A stretch of DNA of 64,000 bases, taken from assembly GCF_018977255.1 (NCBI RefSeq), contig NW_024704742.1:57414001-57478000 (forward strand). The letters are read 5' to 3'. Position 1 is the first letter of the stretch; every line of letters begins with the position of its first letter. The DNA comes from Callorhinchus milii. Its lineage: Eukaryota. The notes under the pieces were generated by a model. It made no database searches. It was not told where the DNA came from and saw nothing but the letters and a program-made list of their open reading frames with translations. Below, piece after piece: positions 62,146 through 64,000 of the stretch. A program made the translations under genes and the position numbers.

Positions 62146-63567
62146 AGACTGCATGCAGGAGGTGTGAAATGCTGGGCATGGGAATGTGTAGCAACACAAT
62201 GGCAAGTAAATCTCTGCCTGTAGCAACACAGAAATGTGCGGAGAGCTTTAACACTCAACAATCTTAAACCATCTGAAATGTTTATACCCATGAATGTCCA
62301 GCAGGAGGCATAGATAAAGCAGATTCAGATAGCATTTTCCTCCTAAGAATAATCCAGCTTCTTCCTGAGTACTATCTTCCAGCAGAGAACTGTCTAAAGT
62401 ACAAGAGGTCTTAGAGTATCCTAAAGTGTATTTAAACATTTAAGAGACATTTGAGCAGTTTCTTGGAAAGTTGCATTACACCAGAATAAGGAGATGCTGT
62501 TTTGTTTTACGACTCTGGCAAAACTAAATCATGTTGCAAATAGAAATATAAAAAGCTTGAATTTCACATTAGGTGGATCAGCATCTTAAAGAAAGATAGA
62601 TTAACGCTACAGGTATGAAACTTTGTTAAGTTGTTGTGCTCTGATAACCTATATATCTAGGATTTGTTGTTGTTACTTTAGGTTTTCAGCGTACATATAT
62701 TTTTTTAATCTCAAAGCCATTATGCTGTGTCCTATTTATTTGCCCTTGAGCATAGTCTAGCCTTTTGTGAACTACTGTAATAGTGAAAATAATGAAATTA
62801 CCAATAAATTATTGAATACCCTGACAAATTAAATACTGCGCAGCCCTTTTATAACATGCATTTTTATAGTGAGAGTTTGGTCATGACAAAGGTGCACTGC
62901 AGACCCCAGTCGTTGCGCATGTGCACAGTTCGCTGCTCGCTTCCCATGTGTCATACAAAATGGCTAATGTTTGTCACTTTGTCACTTACAACAACAACAA
63001 ATTACAATTGTACAGCACCTTTCACGTTGGGAGGATGTCCCAAGGCGTTGAACTCTTTGCACAAACAGTAAGTGACTTCAGGGGCGAATTGATGAGCCAG
63101 AAGGGGGCTATTTTAAATTTCTGCCTAAAAAATAAGCCAACTTCTTGGTACACCATTGACATCATCATGGTCAGTGTAATGACATTTTATTTTTTCTTCA
63201 GAAGATGTGTTGCATGTGTCTGCAGTTCAGTCTTTCATATATGTTGGCAGGACTCAGTTAACACTCCTATTCATTTTGGAATGTATTTTCAGCCACATAA
63301 AATAAACTATGAATTTAGTACTAGAAAATTGATTATGGTAAAGCAACAATAAATATGGAGTGCACAGTGAGAGTCGAGGAGACCTCAACTGCCTTGCAAT
63401 ATGGGAGGAGGCAAGGTGAGAGGGCACAGGCTATACAGAAAATATTCTCAATTGTACTCTTTAAAGTATTTTGAAGTAACATTCTGCAAGTAAACATGTT
63501 GTTCCATTATAACCTTTTCTCACCCATACTGAGAATTAAAACAAACATACTTTTTACTCCATGGTAG

Positions 63568-63747
63568 GAGCAGGGACTCCAAAATGAACTAAATGTCATG
63601 ATTTTTTCGGACCATGGAATGACTGACATTTCTTGGAGAGACCAGGTCATTGAACTCGATAAATATATCAACATGTCAGATGTTTTGAAGTCTATGGACC
63701 GAGGTGCTTTAATGAGCATTTGGCCAAAAGATGGAAAACTGAATGAG
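63568..63747 (+). CDS. ENPP6: ENPP6 coding exon 5 (180 nt); the gene continues beyond the window
   Basis: TAG acceptor. Translates EQGLQNELNVMIFSDHGMTDISWRDQVIELDKYINMSDVLKSMDRGALMSIWPKDGKLNE, with the SDHG metal-binding motif. Donor GAG|GTAAGT. Confidence 0.96.
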
Positions 63748-64000
63748 GTAAGTAATAAGGAAACTAGCGGGAAAACCCTGATGGTATAGTGGAGAAGCTA
63801 CAGGTTAGACAGGAGCTTGCTGGTTTGTACCCCTGAGTTTGCTGGTCTCAGCTGGAACTGCATAGGGAGGCTGAATTGGTTCCTGTTCATGATGCCTCTA
63901 CAGCACCCTCTACTCGTTGTGTATGTGGCAGTCCAGCACAGAGAAGCCAGGCTCAGGGTTGATGCCATCTACAGTTGAGTGGCATGCTAACATTCACTGC

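Noticed and set aside
62921..63352. 143-aa ORF in intron 4
   Set aside because: Crosses an L2 tail fragment, has no recognisable homology, and is not needed for the ENPP6 reading frame.

Overview
Eukaryotic, repeat-rich vertebrate DNA. The repeat set (L2 and CR1 LINE fragments, Deu-domain and tRNA-derived SINEs, a Penelope-like hairpin) suggests a cartilaginous fish; this is inferred, not proven. One protein-coding gene is supported: ENPP6 (choline-specific glycerophosphodiester phosphodiesterase) on the + strand. Coding exons 1-5 lie at 41533-41776, 55255-55434, 55770-55881, 60593-60734 and 63568-63747, all with GT-AG junctions and matching phases, and the gene continues past the window end. 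The first ~41 kb is intergenic and mostly decayed retroelements. The most interesting observations are: an interspersed repeat family I cannot classify (~10 copies, most sharing an A-tailed end); two Penelope-like hairpin inserts with 13-14 bp target-site duplications that both contain AGATTAAA, one carrying hammerhead-like cores; a three-level SINE/L2/L2 nest with the reciprocal nesting elsewhere; and tandem or competing splice sites in ENPP6. I found no intact novel multi-gene system. Repeat boundaries were read by eye and are approximate.
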